Source: a virus
Taxonomy: Duplodnaviria; Caudoviricetes
DNA: 58,560 nucleotides
Reading direction: 5' to 3' (one strand)
IMG/VR virus record: IMGVR_UViG_3300009170_000007
Location: 1 to 58,560 of that record
In this document: one piece after another, positions 29,048 through 36,820 of the stretch
Numbering within the stretch: the first letter of the stretch is position 1
Layout: each line of letters opens with the position of its first letter
Program-made: the position numbers and the translations under genes
The notes under the pieces: model-generated
The model's input: the letters and a program-made list of their open reading frames with translations, nothing else
What the model was told of the DNA's origin: nothing
Database searches by the model: none

Positions 29048-30067
29048 TCAGCGGGTGTAAACACCAATTCTTGGAGCAAAGTAAGTGGGAGCATTATCCG
29101 TTTCACCGGCCTCAACTTCAATGACCATACCTTGCGCCATTTGCTGAACGGCTTGTAGTCGCCCTGGATCAATTCCAGGGAGCTCAAACGCCAGACGTAA
29201 TGCCAAGTGCCACGTGATTGCTTCATACCACCTAGCCGGAATCTCGAGCTCTTCGGTCAGGTCGCCAACGTCTTGAACTTGACGATAGCGCCAAATTTCA
29301 ACGCACTTAGTTTCAGAGTTAGGGACGGGCCAGAATGTAACTCTAGGGGTCACCAACTTCTCAAACCAGTAGTTCGTGATAGTCGGTGAAGTGAAAGTTT
29401 TGCGGGGTTGGTTGGTGTAGTCATCGCGATTGAACGGGGTAATCGGGATAGAAGAACAACCTTGATCAAATTCCAACGTATCGAAAATGACTCCAGGGAG
29501 CGTAAGCGGATCAAGCACCGTAGTGAGTGTGAAACGTAGCAACTTACCCTCAGTTGCTGGATTCAGGTCGTACCAGTACAACTGGTCAACCGCCATTACC
29601 CCACTGCTTTGAGTGAAGGTTTGTGTCCCTAGCAGGGTAACAAGGTCTGAAGCATAGGACGCTACTGAGATGCTTGAAATAGCCTCAGTGAACCGGACCC
29701 CGAATCGGGTGACTTTTTGGGTGTCACTGGTGAACGTAGCGTCTATTACGGTGTTCAGGGAAGAACTAAGGGTCACACCAGTGACTTCCGAGGGCGTGGA
29801 GATGACCGCGTTTAGAATATCCTGAGTACCGACCGGGAGATTATACGTCGCTTGATTCGGTACTAGTGCTATGATCTGATGATCAACAGTCCAAAGATTC
29901 AAACCTTTATTGGACAGGCTGAGCAACAGCATGAACAGGTCTTCCTGTGCCGTAGTCACGGTCTCGGCTGTGAGCGATGCTGGATTCAGCCCAACACGAC
30001 GAATAGCCTTCTCAAGCAGTTTCGCCGTGCTGATTCGGGTGAGACCAATAGTTCCTGACGTTGCCAC
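29048..30067 (-). CDS. Tail tubular/connector protein
   Basis: MATSGT, NKGLNLWT, WPVP, PARWYEAI..LA..LA. Confidence 0.7.
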   Translation of the reverse strand: MATSGTIGLTRISTAKLLEKAIRRVGLNPASLTAETVTTAQEDLFMLLLSLSNKGLNLWTVDHQIIALVPNQATYNLPVGTQDILNAVISTPSEVTGVTLSSSLNTVIDATFTSDTQKVTRFGVRFTEAISSISVASYASDLVTLLGTQTFTQSSGVMAVDQLYWYDLNPATEGKLLRFTLTTVLDPLTLPGVIFDTLEFDQGCSSIPITPFNRDDYTNQPRKTFTSPTITNYWFEKLVTPRVTFWPVPNSETKCVEIWRYRQVQDVGDLTEELEIPARWYEAITWHLALRLAFELPGIDPGRLQAVQQMAQGMVIEVEAGETDNAPTYFAPRIGVYTR

Positions 30068-30088
30068 GGTTCTCTCACTTCCTAGTGG

Positions 30089-30406
30089 TTAAGATCCAAC
30101 CTTCTTTATCCGCTGTTCGATCATGCGTTCAATTATGAACAGGAGTCTCGCTGCCATGTGACCACCTACACCCGCACCAGCGGCGCACAAGCTTGCAGGT
30201 TGTCCAAAGCCATCAAGCGCCATGAACACACCGATACCGACAAAACCCGACGTGACAAGCTCACCGATGAGTTCTAGGATGTTGAATGACCTCGTGTGTG
30301 AGTGTCTAACCTTAGCATACCAATTGACGAGTCCTCCACCTAAAGCCATGGCTAAGGCAAGAAGCCATGTTGCGGCTTGCCAGTTTGTAGGGTCTTTTTC
30401 GGGCAT
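30089..30406 (-). CDS. Holin (LydA-like, 3 TM)
   Basis: MPEKDP start, three hydrophobic segments, basic C-terminus. Confidence 0.8.
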   Translation of the reverse strand: MPEKDPTNWQAATWLLALAMALGGGLVNWYAKVRHSHTRSFNILELIGELVTSGFVGIGVFMALDGFGQPASLCAAGAGVGGHMAARLLFIIERMIEQRIKKVGS

Positions 30407-30666
30407 TATTTCTTGAACAGTCCGATGGAGTTGGCCATGCTGACCACGGCGGCGACAGCTGACTGGATCGCCGGCCAGATTCGCTCGAAAGTAACCGTTG
30501 CATCAGCACCTTTTTCATAGGCGGTTTCGAGGATGCTGCGGATAATCTGCAGCTTGGCCTCACCTTGACCAGTAGCTGGAAACGCGGCTTCAATCGTCTT
30601 CACGGCCTCAATAATTGAGGGAAGCAGTGAGAGTACGATCTTGATGATAATAATGAAGGTTTGCAT
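30406..30666 (-). CDS. Hypothetical lysis-cluster protein
   Basis: AGGAG RBS; amphipathic, GQGEAKL motif. Confidence 0.65.
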   Translation of the reverse strand: MQTFIIIIKIVLSLLPSIIEAVKTIEAAFPATGQGEAKLQIIRSILETAYEKGADATVTFERIWPAIQSAVAAVVSMANSIGLFKK

Positions 30667-30674
30667 GGTTTCTC

Positions 30675-30920
30675 CTAAAATCGGCAGTTAGCCGAGACTC
30701 CGGTTATGAAATAGGTCTGGTTGTTCAGGTTTGACAACGACTGGTGTAGATTCGGTAGGTAACTCGATGGGTGCGAGTTCCGTAACTTCTCCTCGCCCTC
30801 CGGCGTCAGTCCCACCAGCGGGAAGGCCACGCAGGCCAATTTTGTCTGTTGAGACCACTGTAGCGGTGCCATTGAACACGCCGACAAGAACAGTGACAGC
30901 GCTGGCAACAACCACCGCAT
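30675..30920 (-). CDS. Putative lipoprotein (o-spanin-like) overlapping 30688..31089 in another frame
   Basis: MRWLLPALSLFLSA-C signal peptide with lipobox. Confidence 0.6.
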   Translation of the reverse strand: MRWLLPALSLFLSACSMAPLQWSQQTKLACVAFPLVGLTPEGEEKLRNSHPSSYLPNLHQSLSNLNNQTYFITGVSANCRF

Positions 30921-31089
30921 CCTCGATCGTAACCCCTTCGAGGTAGCCGAAAACCTTGGCGAGCGGGAGCAGGAAGCCGAACAAGATGGCGAGCTTCGAT
31001 CCGACGAGTTGAGCGTTCTTCCATGTGGCTGCATTCGATAGCGCCTTTCCGGCTTTGAAGGCTTCAGTAAAGTTTTTGATTAGCATCAC
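30688..31089 (-). CDS. Two-TM membrane protein (holin/antiholin- or spanin-associated)
   Basis: AGGAG RBS; two hydrophobic segments; lysis cluster. Confidence 0.65.
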   Translation of the reverse strand: MMLIKNFTEAFKAGKALSNAATWKNAQLVGSKLAILFGFLLPLAKVFGYLEGVTIEDAVVVASAVTVLVGVFNGTATVVSTDKIGLRGLPAGGTDAGGRGEVTELAPIELPTESTPVVVKPEQPDLFHNRSLG

Positions 31090-31208
31090 TTCACTCCTGT
31101 GTTATACTGTGGATTAGCCCGTTGTACATGGGGAATACCCACGGAAAGCCAACCATACAAAGCCAATGAAAGAAGGGCCAACATCATCCCAGCGACAAAC
31201 CATTTCAT
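31086..31208 (-). CDS. Small single-TM protein
   Basis: MKWFVAGMMLALLSLALYGWL; sits between endolysin and 31089 gene. Confidence 0.5.
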   Translation of the reverse strand: MKWFVAGMMLALLSLALYGWLSVGIPHVQRANPQYNTGVK

Positions 31209-31210
31209 GA

Positions 31211-31654
31211 TCAAACTTTCGAAGTTGCACGTGCTTGAGCCAAAGTTAAGCCCCCGCGAAATTGACAGTGAGCGGTTTCTCGCAGACGACCCGTCCAGCG
31301 ACCAGCCCATTCAAGACCTAATGATTCAGCAATAGCACCACACTTCGCGTACAGCTCTTTACTGTTCCAAGCCGCTTTACCGTTCACCAGAGGAACAAAG
31401 TCAAATGCAGCTCGGAAATTATGCCAGCTTTCTCCGCCCCTAGCATTGGTCACGATGTCACCAAGCGGCTTAGAGGATCGTGGGTTATTTCCAGGGGTAG
31501 TGCGCCCTTGGGAGTACAGGACGTCTTGTTCTTTTTCAGAACGATAGGTACAGTAGATCAGTACATCAATACCGGCTTCGTCACAAGCTGAAACGAATTG
31601 TTCAGCTTTCTCTCGTGTCGCAGAGTTCAGATCTAACAGGCTTCTAGATGCCAT
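31211..31654 (-). CDS. Endolysin, M15 (L-Ala-D-Glu) peptidase
   Basis: YRSEKEQDVLYSQGRT, VTNARGGESWHNF..AFD, LEWAGRW, ETAHCQ. Confidence 0.9.
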   Translation of the reverse strand: MASRSLLDLNSATREKAEQFVSACDEAGIDVLIYCTYRSEKEQDVLYSQGRTTPGNNPRSSKPLGDIVTNARGGESWHNFRAAFDFVPLVNGKAAWNSKELYAKCGAIAESLGLEWAGRWTGRLRETAHCQFRGGLTLAQARATSKV

Positions 31655-31667
31655 GATGGATCTTTCA

Positions 31668-31937
31668 TCAGGCAAACAGGATATTTACGGTTTCGGCACC
31701 GCCTACGGAAACATAAAGACCGTTTCCTACGGCAATACCTTGTCCGCCGAAATGCACCACCTGACCAAGCGTTAGTGCACCTGACCAGAGGATGTTTCCA
31801 GAAGCCGCAATGCTATCGTAAACGATACACGAAGCTACTGACGTGACCCCGACGATACCAAACAGGGCAGCGGGACCCGAGGTCACGAGCGCGGGCGCAC
31901 CTGAGACTTTGGCGTATCCAAGCCTACTTCCAACCAT
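31668..31937 (-). CDS. Small virion structural protein
   Basis: AGGAG RBS; beta-rich, VYDSIAASG, GIAVGNGLYV. Confidence 0.65.
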   Translation of the reverse strand: MVGSRLGYAKVSGAPALVTSGPAALFGIVGVTSVASCIVYDSIAASGNILWSGALTLGQVVHFGGQGIAVGNGLYVSVGGAETVNILFA

Positions 31938-31980
31938 AGTGTTCTCCTAGCGTAGGGAGAGGGTTGCCCTCCCTATGCGA

Positions 31981-32694
31981 TTAGAATTGCGTCACGCCCA
32001 AAGCACCAATACGGGTGGCATTCGGACCACTGGCAATCGCCGGGAGAGCGATCGTAGCGACCAGACGTTTGACACCGTCGGCCACCGAAGCCAGCGTAAT
32101 GAAGCCGCGAACATCGTTAGTCGTAGCCGTTGCCGGACTCGTCGTATCAGCCACCGTAACTGCAGCCAGGAGACCCACCGTCGCATTGTAGTTGAAGTTG
32201 ATGTAGTCGCGCGACAGAACACGGAACGGGAGACCGATCTTGTCGGTGAAACCGGAGGAGGCGTTACCAGCCATCGTCGCCGAGATAGCGATACGGTTGA
32301 TGCTCTTGAAGGCTTTATCCCCAACGGCACGGGTCGTACCGTTGAAGGTGATCGTTTCGGTCATCGGTTGACCGTATTGATCAGTTCCGTAGAACGTAGC
32401 CGTTTGAGTCGTGTCACCAGCACCAGACGACAGGATGTCGACGCAGCGGGGGGTGTCCAGGACCACGGCACCGTTGACCAGAGTAGTACCCGTGCCAGCC
32501 GTGAGCGTCAGGTTGCCAGCAGCAGCGACGGCTTGAGCCGTAGCGATACCGAGCAGGTTCAGGGCAACAGGAACAACGTCGAAGATATGGACGCGACCCA
32601 TTGGGCCAACACCCAGATCCATAGGAGAAGGGCCGTCACTGAGCGGACCACCCCGAGACACTGGACCCAAGAAGAGGTCATCAGAGATTTGCAT
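31981..32694 (-). CDS. Capsid decoration/structural protein
   Basis: Strong RBS, highly biased codons, directly after the capsid gene. Confidence 0.7.
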   Translation of the reverse strand: MQISDDLFLGPVSRGGPLSDGPSPMDLGVGPMGRVHIFDVVPVALNLLGIATAQAVAAAGNLTLTAGTGTTLVNGAVVLDTPRCVDILSSGAGDTTQTATFYGTDQYGQPMTETITFNGTTRAVGDKAFKSINRIAISATMAGNASSGFTDKIGLPFRVLSRDYINFNYNATVGLLAAVTVADTTSPATATTNDVRGFITLASVADGVKRLVATIALPAIASGPNATRIGALGVTQF

Positions 32695-32728
32695 GTTAAT
32701 TCCTTTACTTCATGAAAAGCGTAAGGGT

Positions 32729-32756
32729 AAAAAGAAGGGGACCGAAGCCCCCTCCG
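32729..32756 (-). terminator. Intrinsic terminator after major capsid gene
   Basis: Minus strand GGAGGGGGC-TTCG-GTCCCCTTC-TTTTT. Confidence 0.8.
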
Positions 32757-32761
32757 TTTAC

Positions 32762-33673
32762 TTAGGCACCAGCGTTGCAGAACATGGCCCGCCATTCGGT
32801 CCAGCCGGAGCCGAAACGCATGGTGGACTTGTAACGCATCGAATCGGTCTCGAAGTCGCCTTCCATACCCTTTTCGACCTTGCGACGCCACAGAACCTTC
32901 ATGCCATCGCGGGCATCGGTCTGGACGAACCAGGCAGTCGGGGAAGTGAGACGGGAGATGACCACTGCATCGTTCAGGGAAGTGGTAGTCTTCACCGGAT
33001 TGATGTCGTTGTTGTTGGTGCCAGTACGAAGCACCGACTTCAACAGAACCTCAGCTTGAAGCATGTTCGACGGAGCGACGACCAGTTGCTTCGGCGTGAG
33101 GCGGATCTTCTTACCACGAGCATCCATGGTTTGACGAACCGAAATCAGGGCTTGTTCCAGGGAAGTCTGGGACAAAGCGGCCGACGTCAGGACGTTGGAC
33201 TGAACCCCCCCGATGACCGGGTGCGAAGCCGAAGCCAGCGGAACACCATCACCCCCGTTGAAGCCAGAAGTGAACGCACGGTTCAGGTGATTGGCGGCAA
33301 CCGTTTCCAGGGTCTCGTCCATCGACTGGGCGAGGTGCTTGGAGTAGGTCGTGCCGAGGCGGATGTGTTCGCCATCTTCCACGAGAACCTTGGTCAGTGC
33401 GAAAGCCAGACCGTAGACGTCGTACTGGTAACGCTTGACGTAGAGCTGACCGCCCTCGTCGTACATGACCGGTTGACCATCCGGAAGGATCGGGGCGGCA
33501 CCGAAGCCATACAGAACGACTTCTTCGTGGTAGGCACGGGCAATACCCGTTTCTTCCGAAAAGATCTTCTTGTATTCGTCGGAGCGTTGATTGTAGACGC
33601 CGTCGAAGGATTGATTGAGAATCGGCTCAACGATCGAGCGAAACTCGGTACTGCGCATAATTGCACCAGCCAT
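32762..33673 (-). CDS. Major capsid protein
   Basis: 303 aa, strong codon bias; GGDGVPLASASHP, PKQLVV, TAWFV, GDFETDSMRYK..RF..GW motifs. Confidence 0.85.
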   Translation of the reverse strand: MAGAIMRSTEFRSIVEPILNQSFDGVYNQRSDEYKKIFSEETGIARAYHEEVVLYGFGAAPILPDGQPVMYDEGGQLYVKRYQYDVYGLAFALTKVLVEDGEHIRLGTTYSKHLAQSMDETLETVAANHLNRAFTSGFNGGDGVPLASASHPVIGGVQSNVLTSAALSQTSLEQALISVRQTMDARGKKIRLTPKQLVVAPSNMLQAEVLLKSVLRTGTNNNDINPVKTTTSLNDAVVISRLTSPTAWFVQTDARDGMKVLWRRKVEKGMEGDFETDSMRYKSTMRFGSGWTEWRAMFCNAGA

Positions 33674-33687
33674 GACTCAGTACCTCC

Positions 33688-34263
33688 TTAGATGGCTACT
33701 TTGTTCGCGATGAACACGTGCTGAGCGATCTGCACGAGAACTTGCGGGAACGGGTTGAGGGTGGCATCGTAAGCGCCGCCTTCGCCAAAACCGATGATCC
33801 GGAATTGACCTTGCGAGGAAGCTGCGATGGGCGTGGCGTTCAGGGCTTGAGCCGACTGACCGGTCATCGTATTCGGAGTACCGGTGACCAGATTGGCTTG
33901 TGCGCCGATGACAGCTTGAACGTAACCCGAGCCACCAGAGGCGACCTGGACTTCGAACACGTTCTGCGGGTCGTCGTAGACCCAAGCACGGATGTCAGTA
34001 GCACCGGTAATTGCGCCGGGCCAGTTCTTTTGGAAGGTCGGTTTGCCAGTGGAGTCAGTGTAGCTGACGCCGGCGAAAACACCGATCAGGTCGGTAGTGC
34101 CAGCCGGACCGGGAATGATCTGGCCGTTGGTGTCCAGCGAGACCCCGTCACCATAACCCATGACACCAGATTGGTTCGCGGCGATCGTGTATTGCATCGC
34201 GCGAGACTGACCGGTGGGGTGGCGGCGAACGAGGAAGCCAAACGGGGAGGCGGTGAGTGCCAT
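33688..34263 (-). CDS. Minor capsid/head decoration protein
   Basis: PFGF, GVFAGVSYTD, VYDDP..VFEVQ; precedes capsid gene. Confidence 0.7.
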   Translation of the reverse strand: MALTASPFGFLVRRHPTGQSRAMQYTIAANQSGVMGYGDGVSLDTNGQIIPGPAGTTDLIGVFAGVSYTDSTGKPTFQKNWPGAITGATDIRAWVYDDPQNVFEVQVASGGSGYVQAVIGAQANLVTGTPNTMTGQSAQALNATPIAASSQGQFRIIGFGEGGAYDATLNPFPQVLVQIAQHVFIANKVAI

Positions 34264-34275
34264 GTTTGTTCCTTG

Positions 34276-34824
34276 TTAGAAATGAGGAGTTGATACCCGT
34301 CTAGACGTGAAGCCTTCGACTTCACCTAGGGGGCGACCATTACTGTCTTCTCCGGAGACCGCTTTCTGAGCATTGGCACGAAGCATCTCTTCCTCTTCCA
34401 TCGGCAACTCATGGTGCAGATAAAGCATGATATCCTGATAAAGGTCCTCAGGAATCTTGGAAAGGATCATCTCGTTGACAGCAATGCAGTCAGCATACTC
34501 ACCCGAATCAACCCGATACTGCGTCCATCCGGGGATCTCACTGGCTTTGACCAGTTGATAACCTTTCTGAACACGTTTGTAAATTGGGTCGGTGGAGTTG
34601 GTCGTAGACAGCCAGCAAAAATGCCATCCGGCTTGTTTCGGAGGGGTTGGTAGAACTTCTTGTGTCCACTCGGTACGAAGCATAGCGCGACGTTCCGCAG
34701 CAGTCATAGAGGTTCCGTCCTTTTGAGTACGTTCGTCATCAGACGATGCGCGATCACCACGGACAGCTTCGGCAGCAGACTTCTTCAGTCTTTCATCGCC
34801 ATTCAGCAGGTTCTTGTCGGTCAT
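34276..34824 (-). CDS. Conserved head-cluster protein
   Basis: LPTPP..AGWHFCWLS, GYQLVK; AAGGAG RBS. Confidence 0.7.
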   Translation of the reverse strand: MTDKNLLNGDERLKKSAAEAVRGDRASSDDERTQKDGTSMTAAERRAMLRTEWTQEVLPTPPKQAGWHFCWLSTTNSTDPIYKRVQKGYQLVKASEIPGWTQYRVDSGEYADCIAVNEMILSKIPEDLYQDIMLYLHHELPMEEEEMLRANAQKAVSGEDSNGRPLGEVEGFTSRRVSTPHF

Positions 34825-34836
34825 TTCAATCGCTCC

Positions 34837-35769
34837 TTAAGCCTTGTTTTCTTTGTCATAGTCCCTGAACCGCTTTACGGCTTCAGCGCGTTGCTTGGGA
34901 TCATCCCAGATACCTGCGTCCTTAAGAGCATTCACCCTTTCAGCAGATAGCTTGTAAGACCCAGCAGAACTCACACTAACCCCTTCACGTCCAGAACCAG
35001 TAACAACAGACCGAGGCCTATCACTACTAATTTTACCACGATTTGCGCGGTGTGGCAGGTATTTCTTGACTCTTGTTTCGAGTTCTTGCCAATATTCTTT
35101 CGTGGTAGGATCCCAACCTTCCTCAGCCAGTTGTTGATCAACCGTTAGCGTAATGCGTGAGTCAGGGTCTTTCGCCGAAGGGTCATACCACTTGTTGCGG
35201 GTCATCCACTCCTGAGCATGGTTGACAAGACGGGGGTCCAGCGGTTGAGTAGCCTGACCCTTCTGCTTGTAAGCTTGCTCATAAGAAGTGAGCTGATCAA
35301 ACTTGCGCTGTGATTGGATCAGCTTTTCGGTGGCTTCTGCAACAGCCGTACCATTACCCGCCTCGGTGGCGATACGGATCTGATCCTTGTAGTAGGCATA
35401 GGCTTGAGCAGTCTGCTTCTTCGCCTGTTCAATCTGGGCTACTTCGGAACCTGTATTGCGTCTTTCCACCGCATCCAGACGTCCACGCATCTCGTTGATG
35501 ATCGAGTCTCTGGCAGCGAGTTCCCGACGAAGTGTGTCTTCCCGTTCTCGCTGATTGATTTTGCGGTTGCGTCTCTCTTCCCTTCGACGAGCTCGGATTT
35601 CTTCCCGCTCTTCGTCATCGGAGGCTTCCGACAGTTCTTCGTCGTGTCCACCGCTTTCTTCATCCCCACCTCCAGTGTCTTCATCGTGATCGGATTCTTC
35701 GGGTACTTCAGGGGCGATAACTTCTTCACCCGTTTCGGTGTTTAGTTCAACTTCTTGTTCGACAGCCAT
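34837..35769 (-). CDS. Scaffolding protein
   Basis: Acidic N-terminus, long coiled coil, W..RNKWY, C-terminal LSAE..A. Confidence 0.75.
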   Translation of the reverse strand: MAVEQEVELNTETGEEVIAPEVPEESDHDEDTGGGDEESGGHDEELSEASDDEEREEIRARRREERRNRKINQREREDTLRRELAARDSIINEMRGRLDAVERRNTGSEVAQIEQAKKQTAQAYAYYKDQIRIATEAGNGTAVAEATEKLIQSQRKFDQLTSYEQAYKQKGQATQPLDPRLVNHAQEWMTRNKWYDPSAKDPDSRITLTVDQQLAEEGWDPTTKEYWQELETRVKKYLPHRANRGKISSDRPRSVVTGSGREGVSVSSAGSYKLSAERVNALKDAGIWDDPKQRAEAVKRFRDYDKENKA

Positions 35770-35780
35770 TTCAATTCTCC

Positions 35781-36188
35781 TTACAGAATTTCGTCGATTT
35801 CTTCAAACGCTTCGGGTGACACCTTAGCGATTAGTTCATGATCAGAGAACACGCAGAAAATTGCCGTGTCATCCGTCCCGGGGATCTTACGCTCGAACCG
35901 GTCACCCCCCCATTTAGGAATCCGGACATAGTCTCCTGGACGAGCCCATACACCCTCACGCCAGAGTTCACCTGTGTCTCGGTTACGGAAGGCAATAGGC
36001 CCAAGCATGATCAAACGACCGAGTTGCGTATTGGCCTTATTGAAAGTCTTGGTATCCTCAACCAGAACGATACCCCCCAAGGTTTTGGTGCGAACCGTGC
36101 GGAGTTGAACAACCACTCGTGCGCCAAGCGGGGACATGCCGGGATGGATCTCCGGAAATGCCGTTTGTAGATCAGAAGCTGAGATCAT
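35781..36188 (-). CDS. groES: GroES-like co-chaperonin
   Basis: PLGARVVV, KTLGGIVL mobile loop, PGDYV..PKWGG, DHELIA. Confidence 0.85.
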   Translation of the reverse strand: MISASDLQTAFPEIHPGMSPLGARVVVQLRTVRTKTLGGIVLVEDTKTFNKANTQLGRLIMLGPIAFRNRDTGELWREGVWARPGDYVRIPKWGGDRFERKIPGTDDTAIFCVFSDHELIAKVSPEAFEEIDEIL

Positions 36189-36204
36189 AGCGATTCTCCT
36201 TAAA

Positions 36205-36273
36205 GTCTGGTGTCTGGTCCTCCCCCGTGAAGCCCCAGACGAGCTTCATCACCGCGCAGTGATTGGGGGAGGA
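36205..36273 (-). ncRNA. Candidate structured RNA (three-way junction with possible pseudoknot)
   Basis: Three stems; G-U pairs valid only on the minus strand; loop complementary to downstream CCAGAC x2. Confidence 0.5.
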
Positions 36274-36274
36274 T

Positions 36275-36466
36275 TTAACCTTCATCTATTGCTCGTGCCG
36301 CGTCGTCAATAGCATCGTGTGCCATCTTCAGACCTTGCAACCGACCTTGGAGCAATCCGATCTGGTACAGGTCACTGAACACCGTTTGCTCCAAAGCGTC
36401 ACGCAGCTGTTCACGTTTCTCATGGATCTGGACAACTACTGCGACAACTAATGGATCAGTATTCAT
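36275..36466 (-). CDS. Hypothetical head-cluster protein
   Basis: Y..GLLQGRLQGL motif; ATGA overlap. Confidence 0.7.
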   Translation of the reverse strand: MNTDPLVVAVVVQIHEKREQLRDALEQTVFSDLYQIGLLQGRLQGLKMAHDAIDDAARAIDEG

Positions 36467-36639
36467 TTGCGACTGGGCTTGACTACTTTGGACTCTTCTT
36501 CAGCCAGGGTAACCTTGACTTTGGAAACCCCCGAGGATGATCCAAAACGAGTGTTGATAAACTGCTCGACCGTAGAGCAATCTGATGCTTCTTCCACCCG
36601 ACTAGTGCCGTCAGAGTAGGTGACATTGAACTTGGCCAT
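36463..36639 (-). CDS. Hypothetical protein
   Basis: Start MAKFNV overlaps upstream TAA (TAATG). Confidence 0.6.
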   Translation of the reverse strand: MAKFNVTYSDGTSRVEEASDCSTVEQFINTRFGSSSGVSKVKVTLAEEESKVVKPSRK

Positions 36640-36809
36640 TACTTCTTCACCTTTCCACCGCACTTCATCTCTTTACGCTCTTCTTGCTTGATCAACTTCT
36701 TGATCAGAGCGGTATCTTGTTTGACATCATCATGCTTGACGATGCCGCCTTTGGCGTACTGCTTGACTTGTTGGCTTTGGCCACCAAGATTTTGTGCCAG
36801 TCTGCTCAT
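36639..36809 (-). CDS. 56-aa basic protein with two GG motifs (not in ORF track)
   Basis: My translation MSRLAQNLGGQSQQVKQYAKGGIVKHDDVKQDTALIKKLIKQEERKEMKCGGKVKK; GAGGAG RBS. Confidence 0.75.
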   Translation of the reverse strand: MSRLAQNLGGQSQQVKQYAKGGIVKHDDVKQDTALIKKLIKQEERKEMKCGGKVKK

Positions 36810-36820
36810 TTGCTTCTCCT

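Noticed and set aside
32693-33691. 332-aa plus-strand ORF opposite the capsid gene (also 31975..32715, 33718..34293, 25869..26591, 40525..41076)
   Set aside because: Antisense shadows of strongly codon-biased structural genes; no RBS or recognisable motifs
36205-36273. Second hammerhead (GUGAUGA resembles CUGAUGA) or terminator
   Set aside because: No GAAA after the stem, wrong first core base and no U-tract; kept only as an unknown structured RNA
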